Assembly: GCA_965283845.1 (NCBI GenBank)
Contig: CBDIQD010000014.1
Coordinates: 13,416 to 77,415 of the forward strand
Reading direction: 5' to 3'
Length of the DNA: 64,000 bases
Source: Sphingomonadaceae bacterium
Lineage (GTDB): Bacteria; Pseudomonadota; Alphaproteobacteria; Sphingomonadales; Sphingomonadaceae
The first letter of the stretch is position 1, and every line of letters begins with the position of its first letter. The notes under the pieces were generated by a model. The model did no database searches. It saw only the letters and a program-made list of their open reading frames with translations, and was not told where the DNA came from. The translations under genes and the position numbers were made by a program. Below are positions 1 through 9,521 of the stretch, piece by piece.

Positions 1-404
1 CTATTTCGACAGCCCTGCCGCGCTGGTGCCGACGATGCCGGTGTGGGACGACCCGAAGGCGGCAGCGTCGCCGACCGCGCCCGCGCTTACCTGGACGTCA
101 ATTGCGCGCATTGCCACAGTCGCGCGGCAGCGCGTCGAACAGCGGACTGTTCCTGCGCTGGACCGACGACCCGGCGGGCGTGAACTACGGCATCGGCAAG
201 CGCCCGACCGCAGCCGGACGCGGCAGCGGCGGCATGGATTTTGCGATTGCGCCGGGCGATCCCGCGCACAGCTTTATGATCTATCGCCTCGAAAGCACCG
301 ATCCCGGGATCGCGATGCCCGAGGTCGGGCGGTCGACGGTGCACAAGGAAGGCGCGGCGTTGCTGCGGCAATGGATTGCGGAGATGCCGAAAGCGTCGCA
401 TTAG
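1..404 (+). CDS. C-terminal part of an SO2930-family c-type cytochrome-like protein (5'-partial, frameshifted)
   Basis: YLDVNCAHCHSR (CxxCH) readable at ~88-123, then a frame change into ORF 102..404 ending ...STDPGIAMPEVGRSTVHKEG...WIAEM. Confidence 0.65.
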   Translation, partial: ISTALPRWCRRCRCGTTRRRQRRRPRPRLPGRQLRALPQSRGSASNSGLFLRWTDDPAGVNYGIGKRPTAAGRGSGGMDFAIAPGDPAHSFMIYRLESTDPGIAMPEVGRSTVHKEGAALLRQWIAEMPKASH

Positions 405-412
405 GCTGGGCC

Positions 413-1057
413 ATGACCAATGCCGCGCCCAAGCTCGTCCTTCACGACTATTTCCGCTCTTCGGCCAGTTACCGCGTGCGCATCGCGCTGAACCTGAAGG
501 GGCTCGATTATGAGCGGGTCGAGATCAGCCTGATCGCAGGCGAACAGCGCAGCGATGCCTATCTCGAACTCAACGCGCAGGGTTTCGTGCCGCTGTTGAT
601 CGCCGATGGCGAGACGATCATCCAGAGCATGGCGATCATCGACTGGATCGACCGCGCTTTTCCCGAACCGCGGTTGATCCCCGACGAGGCGATGCCGCGC
701 GCGGTCGCGCTGGCGCAGGCGCAGGTCATCGCGAGCGACATTCATCCGCTGAACAATCTGCGGGTGCTTAAATATCTCACCCGCGACCTTGGCCTGAACG
801 AGACCACCAAGGACCGCTGGATCGCGACGTGGATCGCGCAGGGGTTCGACGCGCTTGAGGCGATGGCGGGCGAGGGGACATATCTGGGCGACGATCGCCC
901 GAGCATCGCCGACTGCTGCCTCGTGCCGCAGATGTACAATGCGCGGCGGTTCGACGTGCCGCTCGACGCCTATCCCCGACTGGCCGCGATCGACGCCGCA
1001 TGTTTGGAACTGGACGCGTTTCAAAGGGCGCACCCCGACGCGGTCAAGCCGGCGTGA
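413..1057 (+). CDS. maiA: Maleylacetoacetate isomerase (zeta-class GST)
   Basis: YFRSSASYRVRIALNLKG, IHPLNNLRV and LVPQMYNARRF motifs; ATG at 413. Confidence 0.92.
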   Translation: MTNAAPKLVLHDYFRSSASYRVRIALNLKGLDYERVEISLIAGEQRSDAYLELNAQGFVPLLIADGETIIQSMAIIDWIDRAFPEPRLIPDEAMPRAVALAQAQVIASDIHPLNNLRVLKYLTRDLGLNETTKDRWIATWIAQGFDALEAMAGEGTYLGDDRPSIADCCLVPQMYNARRFDVPLDAYPRLAAIDAACLELDAFQRAHPDAVKPA

Positions 1058-3095
1058 TTCGTCTGTTGGCTGGTTTTGCGGCGCTGGCCATGCCAGCGGC
1101 GGCGATGGCGCAGGATAGCGGTGCGACCGATCCCGACGACCAAGAGATCATTCCGATAGGTCGCAGCGATCAGGCGATCATCGTCAATGGCGGGCTGTTC
1201 CGGGACAAATCACCGTCTCCACAAAGTGAAACGATCCTGACCGATCTCGAACCCGGCTTGGGCGAGCGCGTCGAGAATCGGCTGCGCGACGAAGCGGGGA
1301 TCGTCCAGTTCCGCCGTTCCGACGGGCGATCGGCGCATCCCACGAGCCAAGGCGTGACGCTGCGCGGCCTCGGCGGCAATGCGTCGAGCCGCGCCCTGGT
1401 GACGCTCGACGGCGTGCCGCAGGCCGATCCGTTCGGCGGGTGGGTTGCCTGGTCGGCGTATGATGCGATCAATCTGGGCGGCATCGTTGTGACGCGCGGC
1501 GGCGGCAGCGGCGGTGATGGACCGGGTGCGCTGGCGGGAACCGTCGGCCTCTATTCGACCATGACCGACGGCGTCGAAGCGAGCGTCGCCCACGGCACCC
1601 GCGACGGCTGGGACGCTTCGGGATCCGTCGGCGGCAGAATCGGCGGCGGCCAGATCGCCGTCGATGGACGTTATAGCCGCGGCGATGGTTTCATCCCGGT
1701 TGCCGAGGGGCAGCGCGGTACCGTCGACCGCGCGGCGCCGTATGAGCAGGGCGGGCTGGGCGTGCGGTTGCGGTTCGACACCGGCGCGGGCAGCCGGATC
1801 GAGGCAAGCGTTCGTGGCTTTTCGGATCGCCGCGATCGCGGCACCGATTTTACGGGAAGCAAGTTCGACGGCGTCGATGCCAGCGTGCGCTTTGTCCATG
1901 ATCCGGGCAGCGGGACACGGTGGCTTGCGCTCGGCTATGTTCAGATCCGCGATTTCGAAAGCGGCTTTGCCAGCGTCGCCGCTGGCCGGAACAGCGTGGC
2001 GCCAGCGCTTTTTCAGCGGGTGCCGGCGACCGGGCTGGGGGCGCGATTCGAACTGCGCCCGGCGTTGAATGGCGACAATCCGCTGCGCCTGGGCGTCGAC
2101 TGGCGGCGCACCATCGGGCGCACCGAAGAGGATTTCTTTTTCGCCGGAACGACCCCGGTCGGCACCGCACCGCCGGCGGCGACAGCGACACCGTCGGCGC
2201 CTTTGCCGAATGGACGTCGGGCGACGTCGATCGCGGCCTGCTGTGGACGCTTGGCGGACGGCTCGACCGTTGGTCGCTGGGCGCGGGTTACCGGCATGAA
2301 CGCAATATCGGTGGACCGGTCATCACCAACCTTCGTTTTGCCTCGCGGCAGGGTTGGGAGGGCAGCGGACGCGTCGGTGCGCGCTGGAAGGCGGATTTTC
2401 TGACGATCCGCACCGCCGCCTATCGCGGTTGGCGTCTGCCGACCCTTAACGAGCTTTACCGACCGTTCCGCGTCGGCGCCGACGTCACCACCGCCAATGA
2501 CGCGCTGGCGCCCGAGCGATTGTGGGGCGGCGAGGTCGGGGCGGACTGGGACAATGGATCAACCCGATTATCGCTGACATTGTTCGCCAACCATCTTCAG
2601 AACGCGATCGCCAATGTGACCCTCGCGCCCAATCTCAACCAGCGGCAAAACCTCGATGCGATCGACAGCAAGGGGGTCGAAATTTCGGCCGACCAACGCA
2701 TCGGGACGCTGATGCTCCGCGCCACCTATGCCTTCAACGACGCAAAAGTCGATGCGTCGAGCGCGGCGTTGACGCTGGACGGCCGCCGCCCCGCGCAGAT
2801 CGCCAAGCATGGCGGCAGCATCTCGCTGCGCAGCAATCGCCACGGACCCGTCGGGGGCTTTGCGACGCTGCGCTACATCGGCAAGCAGAATGAGGACGAC
2901 CTCGGTGCGCTCCAACTCGGCGACGCGCTGACCCTCGACGCCGGCGTGTCGTGGCGCTTTTCGGACGCGATCAGCATCGAAGCGCGCGGCGAAAATCTGT
3001 TCGATGAACTGGTCCCGGCGGCGATTTCGTCGGCAGGGGTCGTCGAACGCGCGACGCCGCGCACCTTGTGGATTGGCGCGCGGTTGGCATTCTGA
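1054..3095 (+). CDS. TonB-dependent receptor (one frameshift near 2160)
   Basis: Signal peptide from GTG 1054, plug motif VTLRGLG...LVTLDGVP, C-terminal GENLFDE...GARLAF; split between ORFs 1000..2403 and 1920..3095. Confidence 0.9.
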
Positions 3096-3123
3096 CCTTC
3101 ACAGCCGGACAAAGCGCGATAGG

Positions 3124-3612
3124 ATGGCAAACGCCGGGGATGGCATTGGGGGAAATGGGTTAGGCATGACCGCGAAGAAACTGAATCTCGACAATTTCCT
3201 GCCCTATCGCCTGTCGATCGCGTCGAACGCCTTGTCCGAACGGATCGCGGCCGAATATCAGAACCGGTTCGGGTTGAAGATCCCCGAATGGCGGTTGATG
3301 GCGGTGCTGGGCGAGGGGCAGCCCAAGACCCAGCGTGAACTGGTCGAGGCGACGCGGATGGACAAGGTGACGGTGAATCGCGCCGCCAAGGCGCTCGCCG
3401 ACCGCCAGTTGATCGCGCGGCAGGCGCATGCGGTCGATGGCCGGTCGCATCATCTGGAGCTGACCGACACCGGGCGATCGCTGTACGACGCGATCGTCCC
3501 CGCGGCGCTGGCCAGCGAGGCGCAGCTGGAATCGAAGATCAGCGCCGACGAGCGCGCGGCGATGATGGCCATCCTCGCCAAGCTGACCGCCGCCGCCGAA
3601 GATTATGCCTGA
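3124..3612 (+). CDS. MarR-family transcriptional regulator
   Basis: LDNFLPYRLS...EWRLMAVL...MDKVTVNRA...DGRS winged-helix pattern; alternative start at 3166. Confidence 0.9.
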   Translation: MANAGDGIGGNGLGMTAKKLNLDNFLPYRLSIASNALSERIAAEYQNRFGLKIPEWRLMAVLGEGQPKTQRELVEATRMDKVTVNRAAKALADRQLIARQAHAVDGRSHHLELTDTGRSLYDAIVPAALASEAQLESKISADERAAMMAILAKLTAAAEDYA

Positions 3613-3888
3613 CCCCGCCTATCGCGCCGCGCCGCAGGATGCGCTGCGCGTCGAGCCGCTGGGCGAGCTGACCGCGATTTTCGACCGCCGGTCGATGCAG
3701 ACGCATCTGGTGGTGTCGCCGATGCCCGAAATCCTGGAAGCGATGGGCGATGACGCGTGCAGCGCGGCGGATTTGGTGGCGCTGCTGGCAGCAAGCTTCG
3801 ACTTAGGCAACGCCGACGACGCGCAGCCGATCCTGGCCGAACGGCTCTGGCGTTGCTGGCGGCGATGGGGCTGGTCGAGCGCGCGTGA
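3605..3888 (+). CDS. PqqD-family peptide chaperone (RRE) of the HPr-rel-A system (frameshift near 3848)
   Basis: ~94 aa; LTAIFDRRSMQTHLV...ILAERL, then LAAMGLVERA* in the shifted frame; TGA 3886-3888 overlaps the next GTG. Confidence 0.75.
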
Positions 3889-4750
3889 GGCACAGTATCC
3901 GCATCGTCGTCGGCCCGGTGCAATTTCGCATCGGCAGCGACTGGGCTGCGCCGATCAAGGCGCTCGAGCATCTCTACGCCGGTTATCCGCAGCACGATGC
4001 GCGGCCTGCCGAGGCGACGGTGCGCCTGTTCGCGGCGCGGCCGTGGCGGCGCTGGCTTCGCCCGTCGGTGCATATCGGCGGCGACTTCATCGTCCCCGAC
4101 GCGTTGCCGCTGCCGCTGTCGAAGAAATCGTTGCCCGAAAGATGGGGATGAATTTGCAGGTCGCGCTTGGGTGGCGGCGGCATATGCTGCTCCACGCCAG
4201 CGCGGTGGCGCGGGATGGCCGCGCGCTGATCCTGTCGGGTGAATCGGGGTCGGGGAAATCGACGCTGGCGGCGCTGCTGGGCGAGGGCGACTGGCGGTTG
4301 ATGGGCGACGAATTCACCCTGATCGACCCGTCGAGCGGCGAAGCACTGGCGTTTCCGCGCGCCGTAAGCTTGAAGAATGAAGCGATTGCCGAAGTCGCGG
4401 CGCGGGTCGATGCGGCGCGGCTGGGACCATTGATGGCGGGCACGCCAAAGGGCGACATCCGCCACCTGATCCCGCGCGCCGATGCGATCGCCGCGATGCA
4501 CGAGCCGGCACGTCCCGCGCTGTTGCTGTTTCCGCGCTTCGGCGGCGCGGCGGCGATCGAGCCGATGGGCGAGGGTGAGGCGTTCGTCCGATTGACCGAG
4601 GCGTCGACCAACTATGTCGCGCTGGGCGAAGCGGGTTTTGCCGCACTGACCCGGCTGGTGCGCGAGACCCCGGCATTCGGCATTTCCTATCCCGACAGCG
4701 CCACCGGCATCGCGCTGGTCGAACAATTGTGGGCCGAGGCGGCAAGGTGA
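3885..4750 (+). CDS. HprK-related kinase A (frameshift/garbled patch near 4120-4145)
   Basis: LLHASAV, Walker A GESGSGKST, GDEF and FPRAVSLKN motifs; N-terminus in ORF 3885..4151. Confidence 0.85.
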
Positions 4751-5750
4751 GCGCGGTCCGCATCTTTGTCGACCTGCTCGCCGGGCGCCGCGATGCCGCC
4801 GCGCTGGCGCCGCGCGACTGGGCCGGCGTGATCGAGGTCGCGCGCAGCGAGGCGATGCTGGCGACGCTCGCGCACCGGCTGGTGGGCGCTGCTGTGCCGC
4901 CCGCGCCGCCGCCCTGATTCGCGACCAACGCGCCGCCGCCGCTGGTCGCGCAGCGTACGCGCGTGCGCGGCCACCTGCAGGCGACACTGGACCCGCTGGG
5001 CATCGAACAGGCGACCCACAATCCAGAGCTGACACGCCGAGTATGGCGTGCGCGGCGGGGCGGCAGATCGGCGATCTCGACATATTGGTGCTGGCGCCCG
5101 ACATCCGGCGCGCCGAAAATGCGCTGCTCAATGCCGGGTGGGAGTGGGTGAAGTCCGATCCCTATGACGACGCTTATTACCGCCAGCATATGCACGAGTT
5201 GCCGCCGCTGATCCACAAGCTGCGCGACCGGATGATCGACGTCCACCACACGATCCTGCCGCGCACCCACCGGATCACGCCCGATGCGCTGGCGCTGGTC
5301 AGCGACGCGGTGGTCAGCGCGGGCGGCTTTGCGGTGCTGAACCCCGCCGACATGGCGTGCCATTGCGCCGCACATATGCTCGCCGACGGCGATTTGCAGG
5401 GGGGACTGCGCAACCTGTGGGACTTCCATACGATGACGCGCGATTTTGCGGCCACCGATCCGAGTTTTTGGGCGCAGCTTGAGGCGCGGGCGGCGTTGCA
5501 CGGGCTTCAGGATGCGATGCATCGCGCGGCGCGATTGTCGCGCGACCTTTATGGCGCGGCGCTGCCGAATGGATGGGATCGGCACGACCCGGCCGATCGC
5601 TGGTTCCGCCGCCGGTTGTTCGCGCGCGACGATTGGGGGCGGGTGACGCGGCCGGTGCTGGATCAGACGTTTTACATCCGCTCGCACTGGCTGCGAATGC
5701 CGCCGCTGATGCTCACGAAACATCTGTGGACGAAGTGGCGGAAGGGCTAA
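4747..5750 (+). CDS. Nucleotidyltransferase family protein (NTP_transf_5-like; frameshifted/garbled 4900-5050)
   Basis: GRQIGDLDILV, YYRQHMHELPPL, IDVHHTIL and YIRSHWLRMP motifs; GTG 4747 overlaps the kinase stop. Confidence 0.8.
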
Positions 5751-6416
5751 AGCCGCTCGAGCAGCGGTAGCAATTCGTCATAATGGTTGATGACGTGGTC
5801 GGCACCCAGTTCCTGGGCCGGCCGGTCGAGAAAACCGAAGCCGACGAGGATACTCGTCACGCCGGCGGCCCTCGCGGCAGTCACATCGTAAATGCTGTCG
5901 CCGACGAACGCCGTCCGGCCACCACCGCATTGGTCGATCATCGCCAGAATCGGCGCGGGGGAGGGCTTGGCGTTGCCCGGCCCCAGGGTGTCGCCGCCGA
6001 TGATCGTCGCGAAGCGATCGGCGATCCCGAGTTCGCCGAGCAGCCTGCGCGCCATATGTTCGCGCTTGTTCGTGACCACCGCGGCGCGCGCACCCAGCGC
6101 GTCGAGGCGGTCGAGCGCCTCGATCAACCCGGGAAACGGGCGGCTGTGAACCACGATGTTCGCTTCATAGTGGCGCAGCAGTTCTTGAAAGAGATGCTCG
6201 AAATCGTCGTCGGGAATGCCACCGGTGGCCGCCAAACCCTGTTCGAGCATATGCTTTGCGCCCAGCCCGATCATCGGACGAACCTGCGCCTCGGTCAGCG
6301 GCGCGCGCGCGGCGAGGGCGAGGGCGTGGTTCGACCGCCGCGGTCAGATCGCCGGCCGTATCGACCAGCGTGCCGTCGAGATCGAAGCCGACGATGGAGA
6401 AAGGAAATCGGTTCAT
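5747..6416 (-). CDS. gph: HAD-family hydrolase, phosphoglycolate phosphatase-like (frameshift near 6325)
   Basis: GFDLDGTLVDT motif I, VVTNK, KPSP, FVGDS. Confidence 0.8.
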
Positions 6417-6463
6417 CGGTGGCGCATGCCCGCCCGCTCTGGAATCCGCAATGATTTGCTGGC

Positions 6464-7840
6464 ATGGCAACGCGCATGACCTCCGATCGATCGCCAGCTC
6501 GCCCCATCGCCGCCATCATCCTTGCCGCCGGCAAGGGCACCCGCATGAAATCCGAACTGCACAAAGTGCTGCACCCGATCGGCGGGCGGCCGATGCTGCT
6601 CCACCTGATAGCGAGCTTTGCCGCGCTGCCGCCGGCCAAGACGGTGGTCGTCGTCGGCGACAAGCGCGAACAGGTCGAGGCGGCGGTGGCGCCAAGCGGC
6701 GCGCTGGTCGCGGTCCAGGATCCGCAGCTGGGCACCGCGCATGCCGCGCTGCAGGCGAAGGACGCGCTCGCCGGTTTCGACGGCCTTGTCCTCGTTTGTT
6801 TCGGCGATTGCCCGATGCTGACCGCCGACACCGTCCGCCGCTTGTGCGCGCGGCTCGACGACGGCGCGCTGGTTGCCGTGCTGGGTTTTCGCCCGGCCGA
6901 CGCTGCCGCCTATGGCCGGATCATCGCCGACCCCGCCGGCAATGTGTCGAAGATGGTCGAACATAAGGACGCCAGTGCCGAGGAACGCGCGGTCGATCTG
7001 TGCAATTCGGGGGTGATCGTCGCCGCGGCGCCCGACATGTGGCGGCTGCTCGAGGCGGTCGGCAACGCCAATGCCGCGGGCGAATATTATCTGCCCGACG
7101 TCGCGACCGGCGCGATCGCCGAGGGAAGCCGCGTCGCCGTCGTCGAAACGGGCGCCGAGGAGGTCGCGGGCATCAACAGCCGCGCCGAACTCGCCGCCGC
7201 CGAAGCCATTTGGCAGGGCTTCAAGCGCGAGGAGGCGATGGCGGGCGGCGCATCGCTTAAGGCACCGGAGACCGTCTGGTTCTCGTGGGATACTCAGCTT
7301 GGCCGCGATGTCAGCATCGAACCCAATGTCTTTTTCGGCCCCGGCGTGACGGTTGCCGACGATGTGAAAATCCGCGCCAATTGCCATATCGAGGGCGCAG
7401 TGATCGGCACCGGGTGCGAAGTCGGCCCCTTCGCGCGGCTGCGCCCCGGCACGGTGCTGGGCGCGAAGGCGAAGATCGGCAATTTCGTCGAAACCAAGAA
7501 AGCGGTGCTGGGCAAGGGCGCGAAAGCGAACCACCTGACCTATCTGGGCGATGTCACCGTCGGGGCGGGCGCCAACATCGGCGCGGGCACGATCACCTGC
7601 AATTATGACGGCTATTTCAAATATCATACAGTGATCGGCGAGAACGCCTTCATCGGCAGCAACAGCGCCTTAATCGCGCCTGTCACCATCGGCCGCGACG
7701 CCATCGTCGCGGCGGGGAGCGCGGTGACGCGCGACGTCGCCGATGGCGAACTGCGTCTGGTGCGCGGCGAGCAACTGATCAAGCCCGGCTGGGCCGACCG
7801 CTTCCACGACGCGATGCGCAAGAAAAAGGCGGGCAAATAA
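6464..7840 (+). CDS. glmU: Bifunctional UDP-GlcNAc pyrophosphorylase / glucosamine-1-P acetyltransferase
   Basis: ILAAGKGTRMKS, QLGTAHA, EYYLPD, hexapeptide repeats, NIGAGTITCNYDG. Confidence 0.97.
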   Translation: MATRMTSDRSPARPIAAIILAAGKGTRMKSELHKVLHPIGGRPMLLHLIASFAALPPAKTVVVVGDKREQVEAAVAPSGALVAVQDPQLGTAHAALQAKDALAGFDGLVLVCFGDCPMLTADTVRRLCARLDDGALVAVLGFRPADAAAYGRIIADPAGNVSKMVEHKDASAEERAVDLCNSGVIVAAAPDMWRLLEAVGNANAAGEYYLPDVATGAIAEGSRVAVVETGAEEVAGINSRAELAAAEAIWQGFKREEAMAGGASLKAPETVWFSWDTQLGRDVSIEPNVFFGPGVTVADDVKIRANCHIEGAVIGTGCEVGPFARLRPGTVLGAKAKIGNFVETKKAVLGKGAKANHLTYLGDVTVGAGANIGAGTITCNYDGYFKYHTVIGENAFIGSNSALIAPVTIGRDAIVAAGSAVTRDVADGELRLVRGEQLIKPGWADRFHDAMRKKKAGK

Positions 7841-7845
7841 CCGCG

Positions 7846-8409
7846 ATGCCCGCACCAACGCTGACCACCGCGCGTCTCGTGCTGCGCCAGCTGCGCGTCG
7901 ACGATGCCGCCGCCCTGTTCCCCGTGCTGTCCGACCCGGCGGTCATGCACTGGTGGTCGAGCGGGCCGCAGCAATCGGTCGCCGAGACCGAGGCCTATCT
8001 GGAAACCAACGCCGCGGAAGGCGACGGACACCAATGCTGGGCGATCACCGAGCAGGGTGACGATAACGCGCTCGGCTGGGTGATCCTGATGGATGGCAAG
8101 CCCGGGGTCGCCGAGATCGGCTATATCCTGCGCCACGACCGCTGGGGCGCCGGGATCGCGCACGAAGCGGTGGCGCGCGTCATCGACCATGGATTTCGCG
8201 AGATGGACCTGCGCCGCATCTTTGCCGATACCGATCCCGAAAATGACGGATCGATCGCGCTGCTAAAACGGCTGGGCTTTGTGCGCGAGGGACGGCTACG
8301 CGGCGAATGGATGACGCATATCGGGGTGCGCGATTCGCTGATTTTCGGTCTGCTCGCTGACGAATGGCAGGGCGGATCGCCAATAGAAACGACGGAGAAA
8401 ATGACGTGA
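7846..8409 (+). CDS. GNAT (RimJ/RimL-type) acetyltransferase
   Basis: TLTTARLVLR, EIGY...WGAGIAHEA, N..SIALLKRLGFVREG. Confidence 0.88.
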   Translation: MPAPTLTTARLVLRQLRVDDAAALFPVLSDPAVMHWWSSGPQQSVAETEAYLETNAAEGDGHQCWAITEQGDDNALGWVILMDGKPGVAEIGYILRHDRWGAGIAHEAVARVIDHGFREMDLRRIFADTDPENDGSIALLKRLGFVREGRLRGEWMTHIGVRDSLIFGLLADEWQGGSPIETTEKMT

Positions 8410-8720
8410 CCGACCGCTATACCGAAAAGCCCTTTCTGCGCTTTGTCGACGCTTATGTGCTGAACGCGATCGGCCATCTCGACCCGGCGACCGAAACCTA
8501 TTGCAAGGCGATGGTGCCGCAGCTCGAGCAGAGCTTTGGCCTGAAGGGCAGCTGGACCCAGATCGTCGCGCAGCAGATGAAATTCGCGCCCGACCTGCCC
8601 GCGCAGATCCTGAAAATCTGGAGCGACGGCAAAGCGAAATTCGCCGCTGGCAACGGCGAGGCCCCCGATCCGGTGCAGTTCGCCTATATTTTCGTAGACC
8701 GGAACTTCAAACAGGCTTGA
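8406..8720 (+). CDS. Hypothetical protein (~104 aa)
   Basis: GTG 8406 overlaps the GNAT stop; GGAG RBS; coding-like codon usage. Confidence 0.7.
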   Translation: MTDRYTEKPFLRFVDAYVLNAIGHLDPATETYCKAMVPQLEQSFGLKGSWTQIVAQQMKFAPDLPAQILKIWSDGKAKFAAGNGEAPDPVQFAYIFVDRNFKQA

Positions 8721-8751
8721 TTTGATATCATGATATGATATCAGTATATCA
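8717..8751 (+). promoter_or_regulatory. Putative promoter/operator of the vapBC-like pair
   Basis: AT-rich patch with two TGATATCA palindromes (8723-8730, 8736-8743) directly before ATG 8752. Confidence 0.6.
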
Positions 8752-9126
8752 ATGACCCGCATTCTCGCCGATTTGCCCGATGAAGAGATCAAGCGTCTCG
8801 ACCGCATAGCCTATGATCAGGGCAAAAGTCGGGCGGCGGTGCTGCGCGATGCCGTCGCGGCTTATCATGCGCAGCCGGCCGAGGGTGATGGCGACTGGAT
8901 TGAACGCGGCTTTGGGCTGTGGTCCCGGCACGGTATTTCGGTTGATCCGCACGACTATGATCGCAAGCGCCGCGCCGAATGGACGCGGCCCTGGGATGAC
9001 GATTATGAGGAGGTGCGCGCTGAATCGCCGGACATGTTCGATGCCGAGGATGATCGTCAGCGGCAAATTTATCTGGATATGATTGCCGGCAAATATCCGG
9101 AACCCAAAAGTCCCCATCCCAAGTGA
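8752..9126 (+). CDS. Ribbon-helix-helix (CopG-like) antitoxin
   Basis: MTRILADLPDEEIKRLD...GKSRAAVLRDAV RHH; acidic tail; overlaps the PIN gene. Confidence 0.8.
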   Translation: MTRILADLPDEEIKRLDRIAYDQGKSRAAVLRDAVAAYHAQPAEGDGDWIERGFGLWSRHGISVDPHDYDRKRRAEWTRPWDDDYEEVRAESPDMFDAEDDRQRQIYLDMIAGKYPEPKSPHPK

Positions 9127-9503
9127 GCGGTTATACGTTCGACGCGAATATCGTCATCGACGCACTCGCCGGTTATCCCCCGGCCCGGGCGGAAATTCAG
9201 CGCGCGACCCGCAATGTCGCGCGACCCTGGATCAGTCGCATGGCGTGGATCGAAGTGCTGTCCAAGGGCGATGAGCGCGTTGTCAGCGAGGCGGCGGCGT
9301 TTCTGGCGCATTTCGGTCTGGATGAAATCGATGACGAAATTTCCTTGCGCGCGGCGGCGCTCCGCCGCGAGCGTCCGCGGTTAAAGTCGCCGGACGCCAT
9401 CATTCTTGCCACCGCCCAAACCCGCGGGCGCGTCCTCATCACCCGCAATACCAAGGATTTTCCGGCGAATATGCCAGGCATCCGCGTCCCCTATATTCTC
9501 TAA
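9123..9503 (+). CDS. vapC: PIN-domain toxin (VapC family)
   Basis: FDANIVID, WIEVL, LKSPDAIILATA, LITRNTKDF. Confidence 0.88.
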   Translation: MSGYTFDANIVIDALAGYPPARAEIQRATRNVARPWISRMAWIEVLSKGDERVVSEAAAFLAHFGLDEIDDEISLRAAALRRERPRLKSPDAIILATAQTRGRVLITRNTKDFPANMPGIRVPYIL

Positions 9504-9521
9504 AACGAAAGCCAGACCACC

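Noticed and set aside
3605..4750. Apparent 381-aa PqqD-kinase fusion
   Set aside because: Produced by two compensating frame errors; a separate stop (3888) and start (3885) are visible
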